Source: Chloroflexi bacterium RBG_13_53_26
Lineage (GTDB): Bacteria > Chloroflexota > Dehalococcoidia > UBA2247 > RBG-13-53-26
Assembly (NCBI GenBank): GCA_001795035.1
Contig: MGMW01000075.1
Location: forward strand, 1 to 34,853
Reading direction: 5' to 3'
DNA: 34,853 nucleotides
Shown here: one piece after another, positions 1 through 10,386 of the stretch
Numbering within the stretch: the stretch's first letter is position 1
Layout of the letters: the number at the start of each line of letters is the position of its first letter
Notes under the pieces: model-generated
What the model was told of the DNA's origin: nothing
The model's database searches: none
Seen by the model: only the letters and a program-made list of their open reading frames with translations
Position numbers and translations under genes: made by a program

Positions 1-73
1 ATATAATAAAAGCCTCGTTTTGGTTTCTGTGATACTGGTTGCTTGTGATTGATGGTGGGCTCATCCAGAATCA

Positions 74-112
74 GCGATTCACTTACACTAGGTTTCGTGT
101 AGGGTGAATTGC
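74..112. repeat. Imperfect inverted repeat (long hairpin) upstream of the rpsL promoter
   Basis: GCGATTCAC-TTACAC (74-88) can pair with GTGTAGG-GTGAATTGC (97-112). This gives about 15 bp including G:U pairs and one bulged G, with an 8-nt loop TAGGTTTC. No T-run follows on either strand. Confidence 0.5.
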
Positions 113-162
113 GTTCAAGAAGGCTGCATTCAGTCGCTGGTTTACCAAACGTTGTTTTGTTC

Positions 163-191
163 TTGACTTTTGATTTGGTTGATGGTACATT
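163..191 (+). promoter_or_regulatory. Sigma-70-like promoter for the rpsL operon
   Basis: TTGACT (163-168), a 17-nt spacer, then TACATT (186-191). It sits about 30 nt upstream of the rpsL start. Confidence 0.45.
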
Positions 192-222
192 ACATGCTCG
201 TTGTCTTTGATAGGTGGAGAAG

Positions 223-657
223 ATGCCTACAGTTAATCAACTTGTGAACCACGGCCGGAAAAGGGTTTTGCGGAAGACCAAGTCACCGTCGCTACGCTTT
301 GGGTTAAATCAACTCAAGCGCCGAGTGGTGAAGACCAAGGGCTCTCCTCAGAAAAGGGGGGTTTGCATTCTGGTCAGGACTATGACTCCGAAGAAGCCTA
401 ATTCTGCCTTGCGTAAGGTCGCCAGGGTGAGGCTAACTAATGGCATTGAAGTAACGGCCTACATCCCTGGGGAAGGGCATAATCTGCAGGAACACTCGGT
501 AGTTCTGGTTCGTGGAGGCCGGGTGAAGGATCTGCCAGGGGTACGCTACCACATTGTGCGTGGCACCTTGGATACTGGGGGTGTGACTGATCGTCGACAG
601 GGTCGTAGTAGATATGGAGCAAAGCGCGTAAAGGACTCGGGGGCTTCAGCGGGGTAG
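223..657 (+). CDS. rpsL: 30S ribosomal protein S12
   Basis: Canonical N-terminus MPTVNQL. S12 motifs [11 protein letters not shown] and [13 protein letters not shown] are present. ATG 223 is preceded by GGTGGAGA; the track start at 214 (GTG) adds 3 non-conserved residues. Confidence 0.97.
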   Translation: MPTVNQLVNHGRKRVLRKTKSPSLRFGLNQLKRRVVKTKGSPQKRGVCILVRTMTPKKPNSALRKVARVRLTNGIEVTAYIPGEGHNLQEHSVVLVRGGRVKDLPGVRYHIVRGTLDTGGVTDRRQGRSRYGAKRVKDSGASAG

Positions 658-726
658 GGGTTTCGGTTAGTCGAGGGGTGGATGAAGAAAGTACCCGAGT
701 CTTTTTTGTGGTCTGGAGACTAGAGG

Positions 727-1197
727 ATGCCGAGAAGAGGTAAGATAGTAAGAAGAGAGGCACAGCCTGATACCAAGTACGGCAGCGTACTGGTGTCCAA
801 TGTCACAAAGAAGATAATGAAGTGGGGCAAAAAGAGAACGGCGGAGGGCATAGTCTACTCTGCTCTTGAGATAGCTTCAGAAGAAGCGAAGAAGCCAGCG
901 GTTGAAGTTCTTGAGCAGGCGATCAGGAATGCAACACCGCAGCTGCAAGTCAAGGGGCGGCGGGTTGCAGGTTCTACATATCAGGTGCCAATGGAAGTCA
1001 CTGGCTATCGTGGTACAGCCATGGCAATACGTTGGTTGATAGATTCAGCTAGATCGCGTAGCGGTAAGTCAATGGCAGAGAAGCTTGCTGCTGAGATTGT
1101 GGATGCTTTCCGCGGTCAAGGAGCTGCAGTCAAGAAGCGTGAAGAGACTCACAAGATGGCTGAGGCGAACAGGGCCTTCGCCCACTTCAGATGGTAG
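727..1197 (+). CDS. rpsG: 30S ribosomal protein S7
   Basis: MPRRG... N-terminus and 156 aa length are typical of S7. It lies in the conserved position between rpsL and fusA. Confidence 0.96.
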   Translation: MPRRGKIVRREAQPDTKYGSVLVSNVTKKIMKWGKKRTAEGIVYSALEIASEEAKKPAVEVLEQAIRNATPQLQVKGRRVAGSTYQVPMEVTGYRGTAMAIRWLIDSARSRSGKSMAEKLAAEIVDAFRGQGAAVKKREETHKMAEANRAFAHFRW

Positions 1198-1277
1198 AGA
1201 ACTCAGTGATTACTAAACAGTCTTCTGGATCGATCACCTTCCCTGAATTAGGAGCAGACAGAACAAAGGCCGGGGAA

Positions 1278-3362
1278 ATGGCTGAGGGTTTCTCTCTAAA
1301 TCAGATAAGGAACATCGGCATAATTGCACATATAGATGCCGGTAAGACTACCGTCACTGAAAGGATTCTGTACTATACCGGTCGTACTTACAAGGTTGGT
1401 GGGGTGGATGAGGGGACAGCGGTGATGGACTGGATGGATCAGGAGCGTGAGCGGGGGATTACTATCACTGCTGCGGCGACCACGGCCTATTGGCTGGGTC
1501 GTCGTATTAATATCATTGATACTCCAGGGCATGTGGATTTTACGGCTGAGGTCGAGCGCAGTCTCCGCGTTCTTGATGGCGGAGTGGTTGTTTTTGATGC
1601 CGTGGCCGGTGTTCAGCCGCAATCAGAGACCGTGTGGCGTCAAGCAGATAGATATAAGGTCCCACGGATTTGCTTTGTGAACAAGATGGATCGGGTGGGG
1701 GCTAGTTTTCATAGGACGATTGAGATGATAGGCAAGGTTCTGGGGGCCAAGGTTGTTGCTGTTCAATTGCCTTTGGGTGAGGAGAAGGCGTTTGAGGGGA
1801 TTATCGACCTGGTGGAAAGCAAGGCCGTGCTTTTTTCGGGGGATGTTGATTCACAGCCGGTCGAGATAGACATTCCAGAGGATTATCTAGAACGAGCTCG
1901 TGTGGAACGAGACATTCTTGTGGAGAGACTGGCTGAAGAAGATGATGTGTTGATGCATGCCTACCTAGAGGGACGTGAGATAACTGCTGCGGATGTGAAA
2001 GCTGCTTTGCGCAGGGCATGCCTGGCCAGCAGAGTTGTTCCAGTTCTTTGTGGAAGTGCTTTGTGCAATAGGGGTATCCAGCCGTTGCTCGATGGCATAG
2101 TGAATTATCTGCCTTCACCGTCGGATGTGGAGGCAGTTGAAGGTGTTGAACCGGAAACGGGCAAGGTGGTTACGCGTCCGGCTGATGATGATGGGCCTTT
2201 CACGGCACTCGCTTTCAAGGTGGTAACCGATCCCTTTGTGGGCCGACTGGTCTACCTGAGAGTCTACTCGGGCACAGCAGAGTCCGGAGCAAGACTGCTC
2301 AATGCTGCCAGGGATCGGAAGGAGCGGCTTGGACGGGTGCTGAGGATGCATGCCAATCATCGAGAAGAAGTGAGCAGGATCTATGCTGGGGGGATTGTTG
2401 CTTGCTTGGGTCTGAAGAATACTCTCACCGGGGACACGTTATGCGATCCCTCTGCGCCTATACTTCTTGAAGCCATACGCTTTCCAAACCCAGTAATGTC
2501 AGTTGCCATAGAGGCCAGGACCAAGGGTGATGAGGACAGGATTGGGGAGGCTATGCTGAAACTGACCGAAGAGGATCCTACCTTCGAGAGACATTATGAT
2601 GATGAAACGGGTCAAACCATCATCTCCGGTATGGGTGAGCTTCATCTGGAGGTCCTGCTGGAACGCATGAAGCGTGAGTTCAGGGTAGATGCGAAGCTTG
2701 GGAAGCCCCAAGTAGCATATAAGGAAACGATCACTGAGCCGGCGCAGGCGGAAGGAAAATTCATAAAGCAGTTTGGTGGACGGGGTCAGTATGGTCATGT
2801 TCTGCTTGAAGTGGAGCCTGGCGAAAGAAACAGTGGTTTTGTGTTTGTTAACAAGATCAAGGCCGGAGCTATTCCCAGAGAGTATGTTCCGGCTGTTGAA
2901 GCAGGAGTAAAGGAAGCCCTGCAAAGAGGGGTTCTGGCGAACTATCCCATAGTTGATATCAAGGCGACTCTGCGTGATGGTAGTTACCATGAAGTGGATT
3001 CTTCTGAGATTGCTTTCAAGATGGCAGGCTCGATCGCTTTGAAGGAAGGAGTGCGACGGGCCAAGCCCGTACTGCTGGAGCCTATTATGAAGCTGGAGAT
3101 ATTCGCTCCCGAGCAATTTCTGGGAGAAGTGTTGGGTGATATTGATGCTAGAAGGGCCCATATTGAGAGTGTTGAGACCCAGGGAGATATGAGGGTGATC
3201 CAATGTTTTATCCCCTTGGGAGAGACTTTTGGTTATACTACAACACTTCGGTCCTTGAGCCAGGGCAAGGCTACTCAGTCCATGGAATTTCATCATTATG
3301 AAGAGTTGCCGCCGGGTTTGACGGAGCCGATTACTACCAGGGTCAAGGGAAGGGCGGCATAA
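1278..3362 (+). CDS. fusA: Translation elongation factor G
   Basis: GTPase motifs [17 protein letters not shown] and NKMD are present. The canonical EF-G N-terminus [15 protein letters not shown] begins at ATG 1278, giving 694 aa. The track ORF start at 1191 overlaps rpsG and adds 29 non-conserved residues. Confidence 0.96.
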   Translation: MAEGFSLNQIRNIGIIAHIDAGKTTVTERILYYTGRTYKVGGVDEGTAVMDWMDQERERGITITAAATTAYWLGRRINIIDTPGHVDFTAEVERSLRVLDGGVVVFDAVAGVQPQSETVWRQADRYKVPRICFVNKMDRVGASFHRTIEMIGKVLGAKVVAVQLPLGEEKAFEGIIDLVESKAVLFSGDVDSQPVEIDIPEDYLERARVERDILVERLAEEDDVLMHAYLEGREITAADVKAALRRACLASRVVPVLCGSALCNRGIQPLLDGIVNYLPSPSDVEAVEGVEPETGKVVTRPADDDGPFTALAFKVVTDPFVGRLVYLRVYSGTAESGARLLNAARDRKERLGRVLRMHANHREEVSRIYAGGIVACLGLKNTLTGDTLCDPSAPILLEAIRFPNPVMSVAIEARTKGDEDRIGEAMLKLTEEDPTFERHYDDETGQTIISGMGELHLEVLLERMKREFRVDAKLGKPQVAYKETITEPAQAEGKFIKQFGGRGQYGHVLLEVEPGERNSGFVFVNKIKAGAIPREYVPAVEAGVKEALQRGVLANYPIVDIKATLRDGSYHEVDSSEIAFKMAGSIALKEGVRRAKPVLLEPIMKLEIFAPEQFLGEVLGDIDARRAHIESVETQGDMRVIQCFIPLGETFGYTTTLRSLSQGKATQSMEFHHYEELPPGLTEPITTRVKGRAA

Positions 3363-3364
3363 AC

Positions 3365-3673
3365 GTGGCAAAACAGAAGATCCGTATTAAGTTGAAGTCT
3401 TTTGATCATAGAGTACTGGATCAATCAGCCGTTCAAATTACTGAGACGGCGGAGCAGACTGGAGCGAGAGTGGCCGGTCCAGTTCCTCTGCCGACGCGCA
3501 TTGAGAAGTTCTGTGTCATCCGCTCTCCATTTATTGACAAAGACTCGAGGGAGCAATTCGAAATCAGAACCCACAGACGGCTTATTGATATTCTGGATCC
3601 TACTGCCAAGACTATCGAGTCTTTGACTCGGCTCAATCTTCCCGCAGGGGTGGATGTAGAGATAAAGCTGTGA
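3365..3673 (+). CDS. rpsJ: 30S ribosomal protein S10
   Basis: GTG start giving [15 protein letters not shown], 102 aa, typical S10. It directly follows the fusA stop, with no tuf gene in between. Confidence 0.96.
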   Translation: MAKQKIRIKLKSFDHRVLDQSAVQITETAEQTGARVAGPVPLPTRIEKFCVIRSPFIDKDSREQFEIRTHRRLIDILDPTAKTIESLTRLNLPAGVDVEIKL

Positions 3674-3752
3674 AACAGGGCAATGCAGGAAGAGAAGGCG
3701 TGTCAGGGTTAATTTCGTGGTGATGTACAAGGGTTCCTAGGTCGGATAGATT

Positions 3753-4400
3753 ATGGCAGCACGAGTAGTCAAAGGGATTATTGGTCGCAAGCTAGGCATG
3801 ACACAGATATTTGACAGTGAAGGGAACCTTGAGGCAGTCACTGCTATCAAGGCTGGCCCTTGCTATGTCGTTCAGAAGAAGACGCAAGCTAAAGATGGTT
3901 ATGATGCAGCCCAGCTTGGTTTCGGTGAAACTAAGCGTCGTAATTCTCCCGAGAAGGGGCATCTCAAGGGAGTAGGACGGCCGCTTAGATACCTCAAGGA
4001 GTTCAGGTTTGATGATGGTGTCTCCTTTGAGGTAGGACAGACGCTGGACGCTGGGGTCTTTGAAAAAGGTGACAAGGTTGATGTGGTGGGTGTATCGAAG
4101 GGCAAAGGTTTTGCAGGTGGGGTCAAACGGTATCACTTTCGTGGAGGTCCCAAGACGCATGGTCAATCTGATCGCCACCGGGCTCCTGGCTCTGTGGGCG
4201 GTACGACCTCTCCAGGGAGGGTGTACAAAGGGACTCGTATGGCAGGGCACATGGGAAACGCGAAGGTAACTGTTCGTAATGTTGAAATAGTTCAGGCTGA
4301 TCCAGTTCGCAATCTTATCCTAGTAAAAGGCGCGGTACCCGGTGCTGTGGGTGGAATTGTGCTTGTTAAGAACAGGAAGTTATTGAAAAAGAGACGATGA
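3753..4400 (+). CDS. rplC: 50S ribosomal protein L3
   Basis: GIIGRKLGMTQIF N-terminal motif and KGKGFAGGVKR, 215 aa. Confidence 0.96.
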   Translation: MAARVVKGIIGRKLGMTQIFDSEGNLEAVTAIKAGPCYVVQKKTQAKDGYDAAQLGFGETKRRNSPEKGHLKGVGRPLRYLKEFRFDDGVSFEVGQTLDAGVFEKGDKVDVVGVSKGKGFAGGVKRYHFRGGPKTHGQSDRHRAPGSVGGTTSPGRVYKGTRMAGHMGNAKVTVRNVEIVQADPVRNLILVKGAVPGAVGGIVLVKNRKLLKKRR

Positions 4401-5050
4401 CTATGGAACTTCCAGTGCGCAATGTGCTAGGTGAGACTGTTGACCATATACAAGTGGAGGATAGAGTCTTTGCCTTGCCTTTCAATGAAAGTGTGGTACA
4501 TCAGGCAATGGTGAGACAATTGGCTAATGCTCGCCAAGGGACGGCAGATACGAAGACGAGAGGCGAGGTCTCTGGGAGCACGAGGAAAGTCTATCGTCAG
4601 AAGCATACTGGACGGGCACGCCGGGGCAATATACGCTCACCGCTTCTCAGAGGTGGAGGGGTAGTTTTCGGCCCTCATCCTAGAAGCTATAGGCAGAGGA
4701 TGCCAAAGAAAATGCGTCGTCTAGCAGTCAAATGCTTACTCTCGGCAAAGGCTTCCTCAGGCGAGTTGGTGATCGTGGACAGATTTCAATTGAAAGAACC
4801 CAAGACAGCAGAGATGGCGCAGATATTGAAAGCGTTAGATGTGAAGGCGTCATCTCTTGTTGTCACTCTGAAACCAGAACCGGAGGTAGTCAAAGCGGCG
4901 CGAAATCTGCCAAAAACCAAGACATCGCAGGCTGCTTTGCTCAATGTTGTGGATCTTCTTTCATATAGGTTCCTAGTAATCACTGTCGATGGAATACGCA
5001 GTGTGGAGGATATCTTGATGAGGGAACGGTGTCCTTCACAGGTTGGATAG
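4397..5050 (+). CDS. rplD: 50S ribosomal protein L4
   Basis: TKTRGEVSGSTRKVYRQKHTGRAR motif. The ATGA overlaps the rplC stop. Confidence 0.95.
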   Translation: MTMELPVRNVLGETVDHIQVEDRVFALPFNESVVHQAMVRQLANARQGTADTKTRGEVSGSTRKVYRQKHTGRARRGNIRSPLLRGGGVVFGPHPRSYRQRMPKKMRRLAVKCLLSAKASSGELVIVDRFQLKEPKTAEMAQILKALDVKASSLVVTLKPEPEVVKAARNLPKTKTSQAALLNVVDLLSYRFLVITVDGIRSVEDILMRERCPSQVG

Positions 5051-5053
5051 AAA

Positions 5054-5338
5054 ATGCATTCTCTCGAAGTACTACGTCGGCCTGTGATCACTGAAAAGAG
5101 CACTGCTCTGCAAGTGCAGAGTAAGTATGCTTTTGAGGTGGCGGACAGGGCCAACAAGCGTCAAGTCAAGGAAGCAGTGGAGAAAGCCTTCAAGGTCAAT
5201 GTGGTTGGTGTGAATATTATCACTGTTCATGGCAAAACAAAAAGGGTGGGGAGGCATCAGGTAAGGACGTCTTCCTGGAAAAAGGCTCTGGTCACGCTTC
5301 AATCAGGGCAGAAGATCGAGTTTTTTGAAGGTGTGTAG
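5054..5338 (+). CDS. rplW: 50S ribosomal protein L23
   Basis: 94 aa with [10 protein letters not shown] and a KKALVTL...IEFF end, typical of L23. Position is conserved. Confidence 0.95.
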   Translation: MHSLEVLRRPVITEKSTALQVQSKYAFEVADRANKRQVKEAVEKAFKVNVVGVNIITVHGKTKRVGRHQVRTSSWKKALVTLQSGQKIEFFEGV

Positions 5339-5340
5339 AA

Positions 5341-6165
5341 ATGGCGCTTAAGGTTTACAGACCTACTTCTCCAGGCAGGCGGGGTATGACTGGTCTGACC
5401 TTTGAGGAAATCACCAAGAAGAAGCCGGAGAAGTCCCTGCTCTTGCCACTCAAGAAGAAGGCTGGGCGTAACAATCAGGGTAGGGTAACGGTACGGCACA
5501 GAGGTGGTGGCGCTAAGCGAATGTTGAGAGTTATAGATTTCAAGCGGGGCAAGATCGATATGCCTGCTGAAGTGCTGGCTATTGAATATGATCCAAATCG
5601 CTCGGCCTATATTGCGTTGGTACAGTATGTTGATGGCGAGAAGCGCTATATCCTTGCTCCATTGGGACTTGCGCCGGGGCACACTGTCTCCTCGGGGCCC
5701 GATGCAGAGATAAAGGTAGGTAACGCTTTGCCCTTAGGGCGAATTGCAGTAGGCGTTATGATACACAATATCGAGCTACAACTTGGGAAAGGGGGCCAGA
5801 TAGTACGCAGTGCTGGAACCTTTGCCCAGATTATCGGCCGTGATGATCGATATAGCTTGCTTAAGCTGCCTTCCGGTGAGGTACGAAAGATACTTAGTAT
5901 GTGCATGGCCACTGTTGGGCAGGTTGGCAACGTGGATCATCAGAACGTAAAGCTAGGCAAGGCTGGACGCAGTAGATTGATGGGTAGGCGACCTACAGTG
6001 CGCGGTTCAGCAATGAGCCCTCGTGATCATCCGCATGGTGGTGGAGAGGGCAGGTCTCCGATAGGAATGAATCCGAAGACTCCTTGGGGCAAGCCTGCCT
6101 TAGGCTATAAGACGCGCAAGAACAAAAGAAGTGACAAGATGATAGTCAAACGGAGAGGGAAGTAA
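5341..6165 (+). CDS. rplB: 50S ribosomal protein L2
   Basis: 274 aa with the conserved [12 protein letters not shown] motif. Confidence 0.97.
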   Translation: MALKVYRPTSPGRRGMTGLTFEEITKKKPEKSLLLPLKKKAGRNNQGRVTVRHRGGGAKRMLRVIDFKRGKIDMPAEVLAIEYDPNRSAYIALVQYVDGEKRYILAPLGLAPGHTVSSGPDAEIKVGNALPLGRIAVGVMIHNIELQLGKGGQIVRSAGTFAQIIGRDDRYSLLKLPSGEVRKILSMCMATVGQVGNVDHQNVKLGKAGRSRLMGRRPTVRGSAMSPRDHPHGGGEGRSPIGMNPKTPWGKPALGYKTRKNKRSDKMIVKRRGK

Positions 6166-6168
6166 GAA

Positions 6169-6444
6169 ATGGGAAGGTCGATAAAGAAGGGTCCTTTTGT
6201 AGATGCGAAATTGATGGCGAAAGTGACAGCAGTCAATGTAGCAGGACAGAAATCAGTGATAAGGACCTGGTCTCGTGCCTCAACTGTTGTCCCTGAAATG
6301 ATAGGACATACAATAGCGGTTCACGACGGGAGGAGGCATGTGCCTATCTTCATCACCGAGAACATGGTAGGACATAGATTGGGTGAGTTTGCTCCTACTC
6401 GGACATTCAGGGGTCATGTGGGCAGGCCGGAGAAGGGGGCCTAG
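6169..6444 (+). CDS. rpsS: 30S ribosomal protein S19
   Basis: [13 protein letters not shown]-terminus and [15 protein letters not shown] motif. Confidence 0.97.
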   Translation: MGRSIKKGPFVDAKLMAKVTAVNVAGQKSVIRTWSRASTVVPEMIGHTIAVHDGRRHVPIFITENMVGHRLGEFAPTRTFRGHVGRPEKGA

Positions 6445-6452
6445 AGGGTTTA

Positions 6453-6788
6453 ATGGAAGTCAGAGCAGTGGCCAAATATGTTGGTATATCTCCTCAGAAG
6501 CTACGCTTAGCTGCGGGGTTGGTGCGTGGCAAGAAAGCGGATGAGGCTGTGGCGATGTTGAGGTTGTCTCCCTCGCCAGCGGCCCGGGCACTAGCCAAAG
6601 TGCTAAAATCAGCATCTGCCAATGCGGAGAATAACTATCAGATGGCTACCTCTGATCTCAAGGTGGTGAAGGTGTTTGTCGACCAGGGGGCCACTCTCAA
6701 GAGGATCCGTGCTCAAGCCCGGGGGCGAGTGAGCCCAATTCTAAGGCATACAAGTCATATTACAGTCGTTGTTGACGTGGAGGAATAA
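6453..6788 (+). CDS. rplV: 50S ribosomal protein L22
   Basis: 111 aa with the ISPQKLRLAAGLVRGK motif. Position is conserved. Confidence 0.95.
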   Translation: MEVRAVAKYVGISPQKLRLAAGLVRGKKADEAVAMLRLSPSPAARALAKVLKSASANAENNYQMATSDLKVVKVFVDQGATLKRIRAQARGRVSPILRHTSHITVVVDVEE

Positions 6789-7565
6789 TTGGGGCATAAG
6801 GTTCATCCAATTGGGTTCAGAATTGGCATTACCACGGATTGGCGTTCAAAGTGGTATTCTCAGAGGAATTACAGGGATTTTGTACTGGAAGACGCTCGTA
6901 TCCGCAGACTGGTTCGGGAGCGGACGGAAGAGGCTGGTGTGTCGAGGGTGGATATTGAACGTTGGGCAAATGAAGTGGTTGTGACTGTGCATGCTGCGAA
7001 ACCAGGTATAGTCATTGGGCGTGGTGGGCAGAGGGTAGATGAATTAAGGAATTCCCTGGAAGGACTTTGCGGAAAGAAGATTCGTTTGAACATACATGAG
7101 ATCCGGGCTCCGGAGCTTGAAGCCTACCTAGTGGGCAAGAGTGTGGCCAATCAAATGGAGCGTCAGATTTCATATCGTAGGGCTGTGAAGCGATCGATTG
7201 CTCGGACGATGCAAGCTGGTGCGAAAGGAGTAAAGATAATCTGCTCCGGGAGGCTTGGTGGGGCGGAAATAGCACGCACAATAACTATGCGCGAGGGCAG
7301 GGTGCCTCTACACACGTTGCGTGCTGACATCGATTACGGGTTTTGTGAGGCTCGTACACTGATGGGACGTATTGGGGTGAAGGTCTGGATATACAAAGGC
7401 GACGTGTTTGCCAAGACGGAGGAGGTGGAGATGCCAGCCACTCAGCCTGTTAGTGAAGTGGCTGCTGGAGAGCGGGGAAAAGGCCTGAAAATACCGCAGG
7501 TGATTGAGGTGGAAAGCGATGTTGCAGCCCAAAAGGGTGAAATATCGAAAGATTCAGAAGGGTAG
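6789..7565 (+). CDS. rpsC: 30S ribosomal protein S3, with a C-terminal extension
   Basis: TTG start giving [13 protein letters not shown], with a KH-domain GIVIGRGG motif. At 258 aa, its acidic tail overlaps the rplP start by 47 nt. Confidence 0.95.
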   Translation: MGHKVHPIGFRIGITTDWRSKWYSQRNYRDFVLEDARIRRLVRERTEEAGVSRVDIERWANEVVVTVHAAKPGIVIGRGGQRVDELRNSLEGLCGKKIRLNIHEIRAPELEAYLVGKSVANQMERQISYRRAVKRSIARTMQAGAKGVKIICSGRLGGAEIARTITMREGRVPLHTLRADIDYGFCEARTLMGRIGVKVWIYKGDVFAKTEEVEMPATQPVSEVAAGERGKGLKIPQVIEVESDVAAQKGEISKDSEG

Positions 7566-7932
7566 AATCAGAGGAGAAGCCCAATCAGGGAACACTCTGG
7601 TTTTTGGGGATTTTGGGCTTCAGGCGTTGGAAGGTGCTCGGCTAACTGCCAGGCAGATTGAGGCAGCGCGTCGGGCTATTGTGCATGATCTTCGCCGTGG
7701 TGTCATGCTGTGGATTCGTGTGTTTCCCGACAAGCCGGTGACGAAGAAGCCAGCGGAGACGCGGATGGGTAGTGGTAAGGGTAGTGTTGATTATTGGGTG
7801 GCAGTGGTTAAGCCTGGCAGAATGATTTTTGAGATCGGTGGTGTAAATGAGGAAGCAGCCAAGGAGGCAATGCGTCTTGCATCAAATAAGCTTCCCATTG
7901 AGACCAGGTTTGTGGGCAAGGGGGCTGGATGA
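7519..7932 (+). CDS. rplP: 50S ribosomal protein L16
   Basis: Canonical N-terminus [11 protein letters not shown] at ATG 7519. The track start at 7504 adds 5 non-conserved residues. Confidence 0.96.
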   Translation: MLQPKRVKYRKIQKGRIRGEAQSGNTLVFGDFGLQALEGARLTARQIEAARRAIVHDLRRGVMLWIRVFPDKPVTKKPAETRMGSGKGSVDYWVAVVKPGRMIFEIGGVNEEAAKEAMRLASNKLPIETRFVGKGAG

Positions 7933-8132
7933 AGGCAGAGGAAGTGCGTGGACTCAGTGACAATGATCTGGCAGGGCGACTGGAGGAGGCACAGCGAGAG
8001 TTGTTTAACCTTCGGTTTCGGTTGGCTACGAAACAACTCACCAATCATCGAGAAGTTAGAAATGTGAAAAAGAAGATTGCCAGAATCAAGACTGAATTGC
8101 GGGAGAGAGAATTGGCGGGAGCCCAAACCTAA
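7929..8132 (+). CDS. rpmC: 50S ribosomal protein L29
   Basis: 67 aa helical protein with [16 protein letters not shown]. The ATGA overlaps the rplP stop. Confidence 0.94.
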   Translation: MKAEEVRGLSDNDLAGRLEEAQRELFNLRFRLATKQLTNHREVRNVKKKIARIKTELRERELAGAQT

Positions 8133-8247
8133 CTGGAATGGATAGGAAGAGCGCTGGGGAAGATATATGTGCATGTCGGACTTTGTAGTGCAAAGGGTAT
8201 CGGAGGCAGGATTGTTGACCGAATCAGGAATTGTGTGGGGTTGATCG

Positions 8248-8538
8248 ATGAATAGGCGAAGACGCAGGACATTTGAGGGACGTGTGGTAAGCAAGATGAT
8301 GGAAAAGACAGCAGTGGTGGCTGTGGAGTCAAGGAAAGCCCATCCTTTGTACAAGAAGATCATGAAGCGCCAAGCCAGATTCAAGGTTCATGATGAGAGC
8401 AATTCTTGCCAAGTGGGAGACGTAGTAAGAATTGTGGAGAGTCGACCTATTTCCAAGAGCAAGCATTGGCGCGTAGCGGAGATTGCTGCCAGAGGCGAGA
8501 TAATCGAGGATAAGCCCGATGATTCAAATATACAGTAG
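8248..8538 (+). CDS. rpsQ: 30S ribosomal protein S17
   Basis: [17 protein letters not shown]...HPLYKKI...KVHDE...GDVVRI.ESRPISK pattern of S17. An in-frame TGA at 8242 excludes a longer N-terminus. Confidence 0.95.
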   Translation: MNRRRRRTFEGRVVSKMMEKTAVVAVESRKAHPLYKKIMKRQARFKVHDESNSCQVGDVVRIVESRPISKSKHWRVAEIAARGEIIEDKPDDSNIQ

Positions 8539-8887
8539 GCTGAGAGTAGCTGATAACACTGGGGCGAAGACGATTATGTGTATTCAGGTATCAGGGAGTA
8601 CAGGGAGAAGATATGCCAGTATTGGCGATATTATTGTTGCTTCAGTAAAACAGGCAATGCCGAGAGGGGTTGTGAAGAAGGGTGAAGTGGTGAAGGCAGT
8701 GATTGTGCGGACTACTAAACCTTATCGGCGTCGTGACGGTTCATATATTCGGTTCGATGATAACGCAGCTGTGATTCTAGGTGAGCAGAAGAATCCAAAG
8801 GGAAGCCGAATATTTGGGCCTGTAGCCAGGGAACTGCGAGAGAAGGATTTTGCCAAAATAATCTCCTTGGCTCCGGAGGTATTCTAA
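8519..8887 (+). CDS. rplN: 50S ribosomal protein L14
   Basis: [18 protein letters not shown]-terminus, 122 aa. Confidence 0.97.
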   Translation: MIQIYSRLRVADNTGAKTIMCIQVSGSTGRRYASIGDIIVASVKQAMPRGVVKKGEVVKAVIVRTTKPYRRRDGSYIRFDDNAAVILGEQKNPKGSRIFGPVARELREKDFAKIISLAPEVF

Positions 8888-8891
8888 GCAG

Positions 8892-9200
8892 GTGAAGATT
8901 CGCAAGAACGATAATGTCCTTGTTGTGACGGGCAAGGATAAGGGGAAGAAAGGCAAGGTGCGGTATGCCTATCCTGATGAAGAGCGCTTGATCGTGGATG
9001 GCATCAATATGGTCAAGAGGCATACGAAAGCCAGGGCAATGGCAAGGCAAGCCGGTGTTATTGAGCGGGAGGCTCCACTTCGTGTATCAAAAGTGATGTT
9101 GATTTGCAGCAAGTGCAATCGTCCTACTCGGGTGGGCTTCCGCTTTGTGGAAGAGAACAAGGTTCGCGTATGTTCTTCTTGTCGTGAGGTGATCGATTAG
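8892..9200 (+). CDS. rplX: 50S ribosomal protein L24
   Basis: GTG start giving [23 protein letters not shown] (KOW motif), 102 aa. Confidence 0.95.
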   Translation: MKIRKNDNVLVVTGKDKGKKGKVRYAYPDEERLIVDGINMVKRHTKARAMARQAGVIEREAPLRVSKVMLICSKCNRPTRVGFRFVEENKVRVCSSCREVID

Positions 9201-9204
9201 CGTA

Positions 9205-9762
9205 ATGGAAAAGCAGACTCTGCCTAGATTGAAAGAGAAGTATCGTAGTCAAATTGTGCCTGCTCTGATTAAGGATTTTCAGTACACCAATGTCATGCGT
9301 GTGCCACGGTTGGAGAAGGTGGTAATCAACATTGGTCTTGGGGAAGCGATTCAAGACCCGAAAGCCCTGGAGGGTGCTGAAAGAGATCTGGCCACTATCT
9401 CAGGGCAACATGCGGTTATAACCCGGGCGCGGAAATCGATAGCAGCTTTCAAATTGAGGGCAGGTATGCCTATAGGGATGAAGGTGACACTGCGAGGCAG
9501 GCGAATGTATGAATTCCTAGACAGACTGGTCAATGCTGTTCTGCCACGTATCAGAGACTTCCGGGGGGTTTCAGGGAGTGCATTCGATGGCAGGGGCAAC
9601 TACAGTCTGGGTATGAAAGACCAACTGGTCTTCCCTGAAATTGACTATGACAAAGTAGATAAAGCCCGAGGACTGGAAATCACGATTGTGACTACGGCGA
9701 AGTCAAATGAAGAAGCCAGGCGGCTCTTGGAGCTTCTGGGAATGCCATTTGTGAGAGGTTAG
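9205..9762 (+). CDS. rplE: 50S ribosomal protein L5
   Basis: 185 aa with the [16 protein letters not shown] and [10 protein letters not shown] motifs. Confidence 0.96.
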   Translation: MEKQTLPRLKEKYRSQIVPALIKDFQYTNVMRVPRLEKVVINIGLGEAIQDPKALEGAERDLATISGQHAVITRARKSIAAFKLRAGMPIGMKVTLRGRRMYEFLDRLVNAVLPRIRDFRGVSGSAFDGRGNYSLGMKDQLVFPEIDYDKVDKARGLEITIVTTAKSNEEARRLLELLGMPFVRG

Positions 9763-9766
9763 TGAG

Positions 9767-9952
9767 TTGGCAAAGCTATCGAAGATCGTAAAATGGCAAC
9801 GTGAACCGAAGTACAAGGTGCAAAAGCATAACAGATGCAACCTGTGTGGTAGGCCACGTGCTTACATGCGCAAATTTGGGATTTGTCGAATTTGCTTCCG
9901 CGAGTTGGCTCTCCGGGGAGAAATCGCTGGAGTCAGGAAATCAAGTTGGTGA
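9767..9952 (+). CDS. rpsN: 30S ribosomal protein S14, type Z (zinc-binding)
   Basis: 61 aa with a TTG start. CNLCGR...CRICFRE forms a CxxC...CxxC zinc ribbon. It ends with the conserved KSSW. Confidence 0.95.
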   Translation: MAKLSKIVKWQREPKYKVQKHNRCNLCGRPRAYMRKFGICRICFRELALRGEIAGVRKSSW

Positions 9953-9960
9953 GAGCTAGT

Positions 9961-10356
9961 ATGACTACTGATCCAATCGCTGATATGCTGACCAGAATAC
10001 GGAATGCCAATATGGTGAGGCAGGAATTTGTTGTGATGCCCTGGTCAAAAATGAAAATGGCAATGGCCAAGATCCTCAAAGAAGAGGGGTTCATTCAGGA
10101 CTACGAGGTACTCAAGGGCAAACCGGCGCGGACAATGAAGCTTGTACTCAAGTATACTGGCAGGAATCAGCCGGCTATCATGGGACTGAAAAGAGTTAGC
10201 AAGCCCGGGCTTCGAATGTATGTAGGTGCTTCAGAAATCCCTCGTGTTTATGGAGGGTTGGGCATAGCCATACTCTCTACTTCAAAGGGCATAATGGTTG
10301 GGCAAAAAGCATGGAAGCAGAAGCTTGGTGGCGAGTTGCTCTGCTATGTATGGTGA
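9961..10356 (+). CDS. rpsH: 30S ribosomal protein S8
   Basis: Canonical N-terminus [16 protein letters not shown] at ATG 9961, 131 aa. The track ORF start at 9883 overlaps rpsN. Confidence 0.96.
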   Translation: MTTDPIADMLTRIRNANMVRQEFVVMPWSKMKMAMAKILKEEGFIQDYEVLKGKPARTMKLVLKYTGRNQPAIMGLKRVSKPGLRMYVGASEIPRVYGGLGIAILSTSKGIMVGQKAWKQKLGGELLCYVW

Positions 10357-10386
10357 CCGCACACTGAATAATGTGGTGATTTGACG

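Noticed and set aside
1191-1277. N-terminal extensions in track ORFs: fusA 1191, rplP 7504, rpsH 9883, secY 12392, rpsI 19431, metK 23795, ahcY 25087, CoA-transferase 28455 and regulator 32266.
   Set aside because: In each case the canonical family N-terminus begins at an internal ATG that has its own SD. The extension overlaps the upstream gene or is unconserved.
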